This document shows, piece by piece, positions 13,638 to 26,440 of a stretch of DNA of 64,000 nucleotides; within the stretch, counting starts at the first letter, position 1, and every line of letters begins with the position of its first letter. The position numbers were made by a program, and so were the translations under genes. The stretch is from Okamejei kenojei (taxonomy: Eukaryota), in contig CM069165.1 of NCBI GenBank assembly GCA_035221665.1, positions 22,382,001 through 22,446,000 on the forward strand, in the 5' to 3' direction. The notes under the pieces are model-generated. The model saw nothing but the letters and a program-made list of their open reading frames with translations. It had not been told where the DNA came from and ran no database searches.

Positions 13638-14005
13638 TTTCTCCAACCTTTTGAGTCTATCTTCGGTTTAAACCAGCATATGCAGTTCCTTCCTACACGA
13701 TATGTTTTTGGTGTTGATTGAAAGGGTACAAATAAGGAATACTTAAACAAATGCAGGTTTTGCTTTACAAGGGTTTAAAGGGGAGCTTGTGGACACTTGA
13801 ATTGAAAAGGATGTCGACACTTGAATTGAAAAGTATTGTGTGGAAAGTAATTCCGGTGAAGAGAGGCTTGTGTGAAGAAGAAACGCCTTCATAGACCTTT
13901 AGGCCTGAAAGTCCAGTTTCCTTGTTGAATTTCATGTGTAAATGTGTGTAAAATTACACTGTGTGCGGAGGTAGTAGAGCAGGTACCTAAACACTTGGCC
14001 AGAGT

Positions 14006-14118
14006 CTGAAGAAGGGTCTCGACCCGAAACGTCGCCTATCTCCTTCGCTCCTTAGATGCTGCTGCACCCGCTGAGTTTCTCCAGCCTCGATTCTCCAGCA
14101 TCTGCAGTTCCTTCTTTA
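14006..14118 (+). mobile_element. 113-bp Penelope-derived short insertion with 16-bp TSD
   Basis: TSD AACACTTGGCCAGAGT at 13990-14005 and 14119-14134; insert begins CTGAAGAAGGGTCTCGACCCGAAACGTC. Confidence 0.75.
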
Positions 14119-15439
14119 ACACTTGGCCAGAGTGGTTGATTTTAAGGAGGTTCTTTAAGACAGGAAAAAATGGAAGGCAGCCGAATTCCAGAGTTTTGAC
14201 AGCTGAAGTCACGTCAGGTAATGGTGGAGTGGCAGAGGCAAGGAATGGAAAAATACAGAACATATGGGAAAGCTCAAGGTTGGTGGAGGAGGAGGAGGTG
14301 CTGGAATAGAGAGTAGCAAGGCACCAGCGACAAACCATAAATAGGTTCAGCCATGATCGCCTTGAAATGTGGAAAAAGGCTTGTTCCTGTGTCACCGAAT
14401 CTTGCTCTTTGTTAAATGTTATCGTGCTCAAATGGATGTGAAAATCAAAATTAATAAAGTGGCAGATTTGAAAATGTCAAACAGTCGAGCACAGGAATAG
14501 CTCTTTTCTCCCACAATGTCTAACATGATGCCAAATTAAACTAATCTCTTCTGTCTGCATGTGATCCATATCCCTCCATTACCTGTCGGAAGAAGGGTCT
14601 CGACCCGAAATGTCACCCATTCCTTCTCTCCAGAGATGCTGCCTGTCCCACTGCAGTATTTTGTGTCTACCTTCGATTTAAACCAGCATCTGCAGTTCTT
14701 TTATACACATTTTGTCCCTCCATTACCTGTACATTAATGCGCCCATTGGAAAATCCCTTAAAGGCCACTATTGTGTCTGCTTCCACCACCACCTCTGGTA
14801 GCTATCTCCCTTCTCAAACAAAGGGGAACACTGGCTACTCTCTGGGACTATGCCTGTGGCTAGAGATGCTACAAAGATCTTCGTCAAGAGCCCAACAATC
14901 TCCTCTCTCAATAATTTGGGATCGATCCCTTCAGGCCCTAGTCTGAAAGTGACCACAGGACGGATGAAAGGGGTGGTGTGGATTCGGAGGGGAGAAAGGT
15001 TTAGGTTGAGCTAAATATTTTAGAGCTTTCGGAGAGTTTTGGCTATCGTTTGCTGAGGGACGCACAGAAGCTCGGTGCAGCCAACGCCAAGGCTCGGTGG
15101 GGGAGGACCACAGTCTAGGGTCCTTCCACTGCTGGACATGGGGGGCAGGGTGTGGTGGAGACGCCTCTCAAAATAAGGGAAGGGATTCCACGCCAGTGGG
15201 CCACTTGACTGGCAAGGGTGGCGGACAGATTTACGAAATTTGAGCAATGTATGTAGACTGTATTGAATAATTTGTATAGCCTCCGTAAACGTCAGATGAT
15301 TTTTTTTCGCACGGTTTATGTATTGTATGTATTTATTAGCTGAATAAAGTCTATTTTTAAACTAGATAAATGAATGCACTAATGTAAGCAAGCGAAGCAC
15401 ATTTTCTGCATCGCACCTCTCCATCATGAATGACAGGAC

Positions 15440-15930
15440 CCTGGGGAGTATTGTACAACAGTAGGGGTGCAATTGCCAAGTTTCCTGAAAGTGGTGCCGC
15501 AGGTTGATAAGATGGTGAAGAAAGTGTACGGTATACTTGCCTTCGTTTGCCAGGGGCATTGAGGACAAGAGTTGGGACATCGTGTTACAACTTAGTGGGA
15601 CCACAATTGGAATATTTTGTGCCGTGCTGGTCATTGTACTGCCAGGAAGGATGTGATTAAATTAAGAATGGGCGCAGAAAAGCTTCACAAGGATATTGCC
15701 GGGAATGGAGGGCTTAAATGATAAGGAGAGGATGGATTAGCTGGGACTATTTTCCCTGGAATGGAGGAGGCTTGAAGGAGTCCGTATGGAGGTTTATCCA
15801 TCATGGGGAGCAGAGATAAAGTGGGTGGTGAATGTCTAAGGGAGTCTAAAACTAGCGAGCATCAGTTCAGGGAGAGAGGGGAAAGACTTTAAAAGAACCA
15901 GAGGCATTTTTTTCACACAGAGCTGATGAG
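15440..15930 (+). mobile_element. Old CR1 LINE ORF2 3' fragment
   Basis: Degenerate CR1-type sequence (GGCATTGAGGACAAGAGTTGGGAC...GCAGAAAAGCTTCACAAGGAT...TTTTTCACACAGAG). Confidence 0.6.
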
Positions 15931-16401
15931 TATATCAGGCAACAGAATCATCCTACCACAACTGGAGAGCAGACATGAACTACCATCCACCTCACTGGTG
16001 ACCCTTGGATTATCTTTGAACGGACTTTACTGGCTCTAACTTGCACCAAACGTCATTCCCTTGTCATATAGACTGTGAATGGCTCGATTGTAATCATGTA
16101 TTGTCTTTCCACTGACTGGTTAGCACGCAACAACAGCTTTTCGCTGTGCCTCGGTACACGTGACAATAAACTAAACTGAGTATAGGAAATAAGCTGCCTG
16201 GGGAAGTAGTAAAGCCAGGCACAATCACAATGTTTAATCGAGATTTGGACGAGTACATAGAGAGGAAAGCCTTTGAGGGATACGGGCCAAATGCAGGCAA
16301 TGGGACCAGCTCAGATGGAAATCATGGTCAACATGGATTGTACAAGTAATCGGTACAGGTTGAAAATAACTGATTAACCTTTCCCTTGTGCTTAACCATA
16401 G

Positions 16402-16532
16402 CTGCCTTGCCTTAAAGGGAAGAGTGGTGTTTGCCACAAAGGAAAATTCACCCTATGATGTGGCGGTGGTGGAACTGGAAGAAGATCTCTCATCCTTTGA
16501 AATACCAACCGTTGCTTCTGATTTTAAGACAG
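16402..16532 (+). CDS. TYSND1: TYSND1 exon 2
   Basis: catAG acceptor; (S)CLALKGRVVFATKENSPYDVAVVELEE... (catalytic Asp); donor G|gtaaga; phase continuous with exon 1. Confidence 0.93.
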
Positions 16533-18729
16533 GTAAGAATGGAGGAAGGGTTAACTTAAGGAAAGCAACTTTAACGTATAAAATTCAGAGCAAAAATTAC
16601 ACCTCGACCAAATCGTCTCACTGTGAATATGATGGGAGAAGGACTACTTTAGAATAACTCAGCGTAGCAGGCAGCATTTCTGGATAGGAATGGGTTGAGA
16701 CCCTTCTTCAGACTGAGAAACTCCGAAATGTCACCCATTCCTTCAATCCAGAGATGCTGCCTGTTCCGCTGAGTTACTCCAGCTTTTTGTGTCTACCTTC
16801 AGTGTAAACCAGCATCTGCAGTTCCTTCCTACACGTTATTTTAGAAATTCACTCACCCTTCTACAGCATTTTGTGTAGAATTGGTGCAGCTTAGGAGGAG
16901 GCCATTTAGCCCATCCAGTCTGTACTGTAATGGCCTGTGCTAGCACAATCCCTTCAGTCACATTCCCATAGTCATTCCCTATCTACTGGCAAGTTATTTA
17001 CCACCCAACCAGCCCCCTTTTATAAGCCCTGGTTAATTATATTTCTACCACTGTTACAGACAGTGATTAACAGATCCTAACATTAACAAAATATTCTTAA
17101 TGTGGCAAACTCAATTTGCAAAAGATTTGGATTTTTTTTTTACTTTACTTTCCTGTAGAAATAGCTGCAATTCTTTTGAGCCATACTTTCATTACAAATT
17201 TTCTTTTTTTTTAAATCTCCCATTCTTCCCTTTTAGGTTATGGACAGTGGAGTGGGATTTAAGGGTAGAACGGTCGAGGATGCGACTCTAGGGGGTCTCG
17301 TGTCTAGCTGGCACGCTGGTCAAAACTGCTAAATGTTGACTGAATGACTCTTAACTCTCTCCTCGTTGTGAATAATATCGCCTTCCACAACACTCGCACA
17401 CTTTGCCAGGGGCTGTGAAGCAACTCCACCCCCCCCCCCCCCCCCCCCCCATAACCGAATAACTGCACTGATGTGGGGAGATAAACATTGCAATGTAACT
17501 AACAGGGAACAAAGACATGAGCAAGGGTTGATAAAAACTAATCTCCCCCTCGCAGTGTGAGGAGCCGTTTACACAGGAGGTTGTTTATCGTTTGTTAAAG
17601 TTTACATTTATTAACAGAACATTCAGAGCACTTTTTAAACAAAGCAAGGGACTGATGCATGGGAACAAAAGGTTTCTGTGGTTCTGGCAGTGCTTATGCA
17701 CGACTTGACAATTTGTATTTTTCAGGGAGGGGGACGTTCTTTTTGGGAGAAAATTAAAAGCTTTTGAAAAGTTTGCACGCGTTATATCGACCAGACATGG
17801 TCATTGCAACATTTGAGTCCAAAAAAAAAATTCATTTAGAATAGAGAATATTACTGCAATGTCAGCGCAAAAGCTGAGCCTCGGTGTCTGCTGGTCGGGT
17901 TAAGGTATCAACGATCAGGAATCATGTCAAAAACAGCAGTTGTTGAGATAGACACAAAAATCGGGAGTAATTCAGGCAGCATCTCTGGATAGAAGAAATG
18001 GGCGACGTTTCGAGTCGAGACACTTCTCTCATTCTCTCCAGAGATGCTGCCTGGCCCGAGGTTTAAACCAGCAGCTGCAGTTCCTTCCTACACAGCAGTT
18101 GTTGAGAATCCAAATTAAAATGTCGAAGCATAAAATCTGATTTGAATTTAAGTCCCAGGAGCAAAAATAATTCATAAGTTCTAGGACCAGAATTAGGCCA
18201 TTCGGCCCATCGAGTCTACTCCACCATTCAATCTATTGTTCCCTATCAACCCCATTCTCATGTCTTCACCCCACAACCCCTGATGGCCTTTTATAGTTCC
18301 AGTCGTAGAACATAGTGTAGACAAAAGTGCTGGAGAAACTCAGCGGGTGCAGCAGCATCGATGGAGCGAAGGAAATAGGCGACGTTTCGGGTCGAAAGCC
18401 TTCTTCAGATTGATGTAGGGTAGGGTGGGCAGGGAGAAGAAAGGAGAAAGGAAGAGGAGCCAGAGGGCTGAGGGAGAGCTGAGAAGGGGAGGAGACAGCA
18501 AGGACTACCGGAAATTGGAGAAGTCAATGTTCATGCCGCTGGGTCCAAACATTGCAAACATAGTGTAACATTGCCATTATATTCCTTATTGTGTAGAAAA
18601 ATGAGAGAGCTCATAGAAGCAGAAATGGGCCCACAAATTCTTAAATGGGCCATGACTTTGCAATAAGGGATAGGTTGTTTAGGACTGAAATAGGGAGAAA
18701 GTTTGGCAAGCAGACGGTGGTCAATCCTT

Positions 18730-19020
18730 GCTTTAGAGACATAGTGTGGAAACAGGCCCTTCGGCCCACTGAGTCCATGCTGACCAGTGATCCCTGCACA
18801 CTTACACTGTCCTACATACTAGGGACAATTTACAATTAAATACAAAGCCAATTAACCTACAAACCTATACATTTTGTGGGAGGAAACCGGAGCACCCGGA
18901 AAAAAGCCACGCAGGTCATGGGGAAAAGATACAAACTCTATTCAGACAGCATCTGTAGTCAGGATCGAACCTGGGTCCCTGGCACTGTAAGGTGGCAACT
19001 CTACCACTGCGACACCATGC
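18730..19020 (-). mobile_element. tRNA-derived V-SINE (HE1-like)
   Basis: Minus strand: TGTCGCAGTGG (A box), GGTTCGATCC (B box), V-domain-like CCGGGTGCTCCGGTTTCCTCCCAC. Confidence 0.7.
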
Positions 19021-19083
19021 TGTGGAGGCTCAGTTAATTTATCCGATAATACTTTAAGTGAAACTGCGTCCTGTTGTCCACAG

Positions 19084-19269
19084 GAGAGGACGTCTACGTC
19101 ATAGGCTACGGGGTGTTTGGCCGTGCGTGTGGGCCCTCGGTGACGGCCGGGATCTTGTCCGCTGTGATCACTCTGGAGGAGCGGCCTGTCATGCTCCAGA
19201 CCACCTGTGCTGTTCATGCTGGGGCCAGTGGTGGACCTGTCTTCAGCACCAGCAGTGGAGAGTTGCTGG
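19084..19269 (+). CDS. TYSND1: TYSND1 exon 3
   Basis: cacAG acceptor; GEDVYVIGYGVFGRACGPSVTAGILS...MLQTTCAVHAGASGGP (catalytic Ser); donor G|gtaggt. Confidence 0.95.
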
Positions 19270-19354
19270 GTAGGTTGCCTGTCTTTGCAGCGTATAGAGG
19301 ACATCTTCCCATAAGACCTGTGGGTAGAGTGGGGAGCTGGACATTGGAGATCAG

Positions 19355-19596
19355 GTTGGTACTCGGGGCTCCCGTGGACATTTTTCAACACGTTGAAAAA
19401 TCTTCACGAGTCTTCCCGTGCTTACCTGCCGTTAGCGAGTCTTCCCGAGTACCTGCCGTTAGCGTTACGAGCCGCTAAGAGACGTCCCCGAGCTCCGACG
19501 TACCCGCTACGTTCATTCTCCGTGCTTACCACGAGTTTGAGTTATTTTAAACTCAGGAGAGCTCTTGGAATGAACTCATACCGTGGGACAGGGCTT
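19355..19596. mobile_element. Partial Harbinger-like MITE, same family as 36270-36585
   Basis: Reverse-complement match to the 36270 element; ends GTGGGACAGGGCTT. Confidence 0.65.
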
Positions 19597-20535
19597 TGAC
19601 CCGCGAAGTTACTCCAGCACTTTGTGTCTATCTTTGATATAAACCAACATCTGCGATTCCTTTTTAGTTCTCCATGCTGTCTTAGTCACCATGCTTCCTC
19701 AGTCAGTCAATGGTGATTGCTGTCAGTGGGAGCGTTCTGTGCACACATTGGGGGTACAGCTAATCGAGCTTCTCTATGTGGAGTTTGCATGCTCTAGTCC
19801 TTGGATTTTCTTTCCTAGGGAGGGTTTGGTAGGTTAATCGGCCACTCTCAGTTGCCCTCCATGAGTGGGGGACTGTTAGAGCCTGGAGAGCCAGAGGGAG
19901 AAGAGAATAGGATTAGCGTAGATGATTAGCCTGATGGTCAGCACGAACTCGGCGGGTCAAAGGGCCTTTTCGCCACATGTACCACATTACAGGAAGTGTT
20001 TCTGTGGCTGTGAAGCCACCCTCAACATCCACACAAAGGGTGGTGGGTGTATGGAACAAGCTGCCAGAGGAGGTAGGTGAGGCTGGGACTATCCCAACAA
20101 TTAAGAAACAGACAGAAACGTGGATAAAACCAGTTTGGAGGGATATGGATCAAATGCTGGCAGGTGGGAATAGTGTAGCTGGGACATGTTGGCCGGTGTG
20201 GCCAAGTTGGCCAAAGGGCCTGTTTTCACACTGTAACACTATGACTATCCTGAATCACATTATTGTTTTATAGAATACTTGGTATCAGGCTGCCCTCCCG
20301 ATCCCCAGAATTGGCATACAATCATTTGCCTCGCCTCCACAATGGGAGATTCTGTTAGGAGATTTAGTGATCCTCCTTAACCAATGCATCAATGTCAAAC
20401 TTGTCAAGTGCTGGAGTAACAGTAGGCCAGGCAGCATCTGTGGAGGTCTTGGATAGGTATAATTTCAGGTTGGGATCCTTCGAGATTTCACTGTGTGTGT
20501 CAATGGTGTCGAACCTGTGGTGCTTTCCCCTGCAG

Positions 20536-20753
20536 GGATTGTTTCCAGCAACGCTCGCAATAACAACGGGGGAGCCATCTACCCACACCTGAACTTCAGC
20601 CTTCCCATCACTGTCCTGTGGCCTCTTTTGTCCGCCTACAACCAAACGAGGGACGTTGCGGTCTTCGAGGGGCTGAACAGAGGCAGCAAACACCTGCACG
20701 CACTCTGGAGACTCCAAGGCAGCACCCCAGTCCCACAGAGGAGCAAACTGTAA
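20536..20753 (+). CDS. TYSND1: TYSND1 exon 4 (last coding exon) with PTS1
   Basis: tgcAG acceptor; GIVSSNARNNNGGAIYPHLNFSLPI...LWRLQ...QRSKL*; C-terminal SKL peroxisomal signal. Total CDS 1677 nt = 558 aa. Confidence 0.95.
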
Positions 20754-22354
20754 CTCTGGCTGTCGAAGGTAAGGCACAAAATGCTGGAGTAACTCAGCGG
20801 GACAGGCAGCATCTCCGGAGAGAAGGAATGGGTGACGTTTCAGGTCGAGACCCTTCTTCAGATTCCTTCTCTCCAGAGATGCTGTCTGCCCCGCTGAGTT
20901 ACTCCAGCATTTTGTGTCGATCTTCGATTTAAACCAGCATCTGCAATTCTTTCCTACACACTCAGGCTGTCGAGTTTGCTCCCTCATCTCAGGCCGTGCC
21001 AGAAATGGAGGGGAGATCAATCCAGGAGGGTTGAAATGGCACGAGTTTGGTTTTGACTCAATTTGCTGTTATCTGGAATATACTGCAGTCAGTGTTTACA
21101 GATTATCTTAAATCTAAGAAACAGAGGAATAATTGGGAAACAGTGATATCATGGTGCTTGGTTCATGATAGGGAACAGATTAACATTTGGTCTACAATGC
21201 AACTTGAATCTTTGAAATTGGCTGTTGCTTGGATTCTGATGAATTATTGGGACCACTTCAGTAGCGAACACCACTGTTCTAGTTCAGTCAGCAGACAATC
21301 CAGGTCTCAACCCCTCCGACCCCAACACCCCTAAGTACGATGCTAAATGAGTGCCGCACTCCTGGAGGTGCTGACCTTGAAACCAAATCTTAAACTGAGG
21401 TTTGCCTACTTATTTTGCCGGTTCAAGCAGAAATCAAAGATATTTGAGATATTTTTTTAAAACACAATACAGGGAATTTTCCAGCTGTTTTGTTAGAATA
21501 TTAGAAGTAGGCTGGAGTAGGCCTTTTGCCCCTTCTAGAATGTTCTGCTATTCCTCAAGATCTTCTACCTCAATTCCAATTTCCTCCCCCGTCCCCATTT
21601 TTCTTGATCACCTTCCTCTCAAGAAATCTATTGACCTCTGTTTTGAGTGAATCTTCGATGGAGGATGGCGAAGTTTCGCTGTGATCTGGCTGAAGACGTT
21701 TCTGCTCATCTCAGTCCCAAATAGCCTCTCGTATTCCCAATATTGACCCCTGAATGTAGGCTCCTCAGTCAAAGGAAGCATCCTCGTTGCCTCTAGCCTG
21801 TTGAGCCCTATGAGAATTCCAGTTACAGAATTGTCCAATTATCGTAGTCAGTTTAATTTTAGCTCTGTTGCACTATTACTGTCAGAGATTCCAGAAGTAT
21901 CGCTCCAACCTAAGCTGACTAAACTGGGAACTTATCACATTGAAACTGGGTCATTTAGCTATTTACAGTTGTATTTCAAAAGTTGTTATATGTTGGTATC
22001 TTGAAGAGATATGAACATTTCTGAGGTGGAGGAGCTAAATTTTCTGCACTTTGAACTGAATGAAGAACCGGTCCACCCTCTGACTTTAATGATTTAATTC
22101 AAATTTCCCAGCATCCATGAGAAAAATGTATTGTTAATTTTTCACTTTTCTGTATTCTGTACTCTGCTCAGTTCAAACTAGGAAATAACATTAGAATATG
22201 GATAGCTTGTAACAACAAAAATAATGTCACTGTACCTCAGCACACATGACAATAAACTAAACTATTAGGAAGAGATGTAATTCCTCCAACACCATCCTGG
22301 GCATTTTGGTCATGTTATAATTTATATATCATGCTATAATTGAATGCTATAATA

Positions 22355-22805
22355 ATGCAAATTGGAGGAACAGCACCTCATATTTTGCTTGAGGTGCTAC
22401 AACCCAGCGGTATGAACATTGATTTCCCTGACTTCAAGCAACCCTTGCATTCCCCTCTATCTATCTCTGTCTTTCCCCCACCCAAGTCATATTAGCTTCA
22501 AAGTTGTCTTGTTGAGTCTCATTGTCTGTGACTCGTTTTCACCTAGCCCACAATTAACGATGGCCTGTTTCCATTCTCATTGTTACTTTTTTGCATATCT
22601 TTCATTCATTTGTTCTATTTCTCCCTATATCACCGTCTATATCTCTCCTTTCCCTTTCCCCGACTCTCAGTCTGAAGAGGGTTCTCGACCCAAAACATCA
22701 CATATTCCTTTTCTCCAAAGATGCTGTCTATCCCGCTGAATTACTCCAGCACTTTCGTGTTTATCTTCGGTTTAAACCAGCATCTGCAGTTCCTTCCTAC
22801 ACAGT
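22355..22805 (+). mobile_element. Penelope-like element 3' fragment
   Basis: KLEEQHLIF...PSGMNIDF remnant, pyrimidine-rich tract, degenerate CTGAAGA...GACCC core and common tail. Confidence 0.7.
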
Positions 22806-23477
22806 AGGCAGGCATAGTCCATTTACCCCTCTCAAGCATGTTCTGCTGGTTCTAGCCCGTGTCTGTAGGTAACTTAGCAGAGCTGCTTATACCCACTACT
22901 GAACCATTGAGGAAGTTCATGTCCTTCCCTCACGAGAGCTTCAGAACACATTGAGAACAGCTGTTTCCTTCACAGAAGGACTGATACTCACTAAATTCCG
23001 TTACAAACCACAATGTCATAAGACACCGTCTAACCAGTTAGGCCAACTGTAGACACAACTGTAACCACTCTTCGACCATCGATCAGCTTACACCCCCCTC
23101 TTAGGTAGGCGATCATATGGGCGACATCACAACACAGTATTATTTTAATTTTCTAACTCAAAGATTCAGTTGTCGCCAACTGAGGCGGAGCCGACACATC
23201 ATGACGCAGAACTCGACTTTGCGTTGAACAAAGAATTATCAAAACAAATGAAATGAAGCTGAATCACATGGTGTGGGTAGGTTATTCAAAGTGTGCTGGG
23301 ATCATCACCAAATGAGAAGGTATCGATCGCCGCCTTAAATGTATGTTGCAACAACGGGCTAGATCACTGTCATGAAGGATTCCTCGCCCTTCGTCAGGAC
23401 TGCAATCACAAAGTCCTGCGACTGCCTCTGTGTGCAGCAAAGGTGCACATTTCATTGCACAGTAGATGCGAGATCGT

Positions 23478-23785
23478 CTCCAGGACAAGGGGTCACACAG
23501 TTTAAGGATAAGGGGGAAGTCTTTTAGGACCGAGATGAGAAAATCGTTTTTCACACAGAGAGTGGTGAGTCTGTGGAATTCTCTGCCACAGAAGGTAGTT
23601 GAGGCCAGTTCGTTGGCCATATTTAAGAGGGAGTTGGATGTGGCCCTTGTGGCTGAAGGGATCAGGGGGTATGGAGAGAAGGCAGGTACATGATACCGAG
23701 TTGGATGATCAGCCATGATCATATTGAATGGCAGTGCAGGCTTGAAGGGCCAAATGGCCTGCTCCTGCAGCTAATTTCTATGTCT
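23478..23785 (+). mobile_element. CR1 (HER1-like) LINE 3' end
   Basis: GSHSLRIRGKSFRTEMRKSFFTQRVVSLWNSLPQKVVEA...FKRELD motif plus CR1 3'UTR. Confidence 0.85.
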
Positions 23786-25999
23786 CTTTGTAAGTGCTAT
23801 CAATCTCTGAGAGGGTTTGAACGCGTCAATCACTTTGTTGACCCATGGCCAGGCAGGTACAGATTTATGAGCAAACTCCATTGATCGATCTTGTCTGAAG
23901 AAGGGTCCCAACCCCTCTGCCCCGACCCGCTGAGTTACTCCAGTACTTTGTGTCTTTTTTTGTAAACCAACATCTGCAATTCCTTGTGTCTACATTCTTC
24001 CATTAACGAGTACAGGCCCAGTGTCGACAAAGGCTCATCAGAGGTTAACCTACTTATTCCTGGATCATTCGTGTCAACCTCCAGAGCCGGCACATCCTCC
24101 CTCAGATATGGCAGCCAAAATTGCTCACAATATTATTACTCATCAAAGAGTAATAATAACAAAAACAAAGGGCTACTCAAAGAGGTAGGTTTGAAGGAGA
24201 TGAAAAAGCAGGGGGGGGGGAAATCACAAGCCTGGGGTCCAGGCAACCAAAGGGACCAATTATAAAGGGGATGGTGTGATGAGATTAAATCAGCAAGCAG
24301 TTTATTTTTGTCTTTTGAGTTTAAGCATTTTTAATTTTACATCTGATCCTTTGGAAAAATCCTTCACACCAGAGGGCAAAAGAGCAAGATCATGCCAACG
24401 CATATTTGTGGCCCCTGATCCTGTCAGCACAGCTTTAACTCGGCATGAGATTAGTATTGAGGGTTAGAGTGGGGTGAAGGAGGGGGGCAATTAAATCAGA
24501 GTCTCAGCCTTGCACACAGAGGCCCAATGAATTTTTTTGAACTGTTATTATTCTCAACTACCGATTCAAGGCAGAAAATGGCTCGATTGTAATCATGTAT
24601 TATAGACTTTCCGCTGATTGGTAGCAAACAACAAAAGCTCTTCACTGTATCTCGATACACGTGACAATAAACTAAACTGAAGCAACCAGGAGATCCAGTG
24701 GATCTTGGAGAAACGGTGGGGGGGGGGGGGGGGTTTGATATGGGTAGAGCTAGTGCCAAAAGCTAGAGATGAAAAAGCTACGAGTGTCAGATGAGGATAG
24801 GAATTAAATATGCAAAGGAATGGTGTAGAACGCTTCTGTCACAAGATGGAAGTGGACAGAGGATATTAGGGGACTCGAGGATGGAAAGTATGCATGTGGG
24901 GGATACTGGGGGGGGGGGGGATGTGAACAAGTCTTAGGGGTGTAGATGGAAACAGTCACAGGGAGCACAGACTCCAGATAGCACTGGGTCAGGATTGAAT
25001 CCAGGTGCTGGAGCTATGAAACAGCTGCTCCACCAACCACTGCTCCCAACAAAGGGTCAGAACAGAAAGAATTCTCCCGTGGCCTTTTGAAATAACAGAT
25101 GGTAATTTGTGACCGAGAGGACAAATCTACCCGGTAGATTGTTTCAGTAACATTTGATGCCAGTTAGAGTGTCGTTCAAAATAAAGTTTCAATCAATATA
25201 CCTCCAATTCAGGAGGACTGTTTAGAACAGATTAGAATTGAACTATATTATTCAACCATGCTGATCCTTTAACCAACAATAAACTAGCACGGGCAGTAAC
25301 AATTTGGCAAATTAACTTCATCCTCATTGATTTGGATGCAAAGGAGTGGTGGGGGGGGGGGGGGGGGGGGAAGAGACGTATTGTTCACAGGTTGTACAAG
25401 CAGAATTCGGCCATTTGGCCCATCAAGTCTAGTCTGCCATTCAATCATGGCTGATCTATCTCTCCCTCAACCCCCTTTTGCCCATATCGCTCGACACCCG
25501 TACTAATCAAGAATCTATCAATCTCTGCCTTTGAAATATCTATTGACGGTCTCCATAGCCTTCTGTGCCAAAGAATTCCACAATTGTGTGAAAAAACTGT
25601 GGCAACCAGAAAGTGTTTATTTGGGAGATTTTACAACATAAGTGAGAACTGGTTTTGCCAGTCAGTACTCGGGATCATAAACCTGATTGCTTTAAAATTC
25701 CACTCTTACAAAGACATTCGTAACGTCTTACAAATTCAAAGGAGGGGTTGTTTAGGCGCTAAACAAAACTGCTAGCAAGTTCTGGAATGTTCCTGTTAAC
25801 TGCAGGCACTAGGACCATGTAGCACATTGTAATAATGGCAATTGGAACAGCGCCCAACCTGATGCAATTGTTAATCTGAACCAAATGTTCAGCCTGCCAA
25901 TATGTTACACTGAAGCAGCAATAAAAGGGACAGCAAGTTCACTCCAGATATTTGGTGTCAGTACCCAGTCGGGACACTGTAAATGATCAAACTAAACAG

Positions 26000-26440
26000 G
26001 ATTTGAGTTTTGTTCGTTTATTTAAGTTGTACAAACTATAGAATAGCACCAAAGTATCAAAAGAATGTGTTGAATGCAAATCAATACCAGTCCAAAGGAA
26101 AAATTAGGCTGCCCTGCAGACCTATTGGCCCCACCGAGGGGTATTTACACGATTACACAAGTTAGCACCACGTTTGTAAACAAAGGTTTTTTTTTTAAAA
26201 ACTGCAGGAGATATCAAAATGGGCCCCATGCAGTACAGGTCCAGCTCCAGCCTTGGTTAACGTTGCATGCGTCTGGGAATAGGAAAGGCAACCATGTGCA
26301 GAGTCCCTCACCCTGGTGTGCAGGTTTAAAATCGCTCTGTGAATTTATAGTCCCCATTGTCAGATGTTACATTAAGCCCCGGGTGGAAACCTCTCCCCCT
26401 CCCTCCCTCCCTCCCTCCAACAGTTGCCGTGTCCATCGCC
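26000..26440 (-). other. DDIT4: Probable DDIT4 3'UTR; AATAAA(-) at 26017-26022, alternative at 25616-25621
   Basis: TTTATT on the plus strand; repeat-free sequence after the stop codon. Confidence 0.55.
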
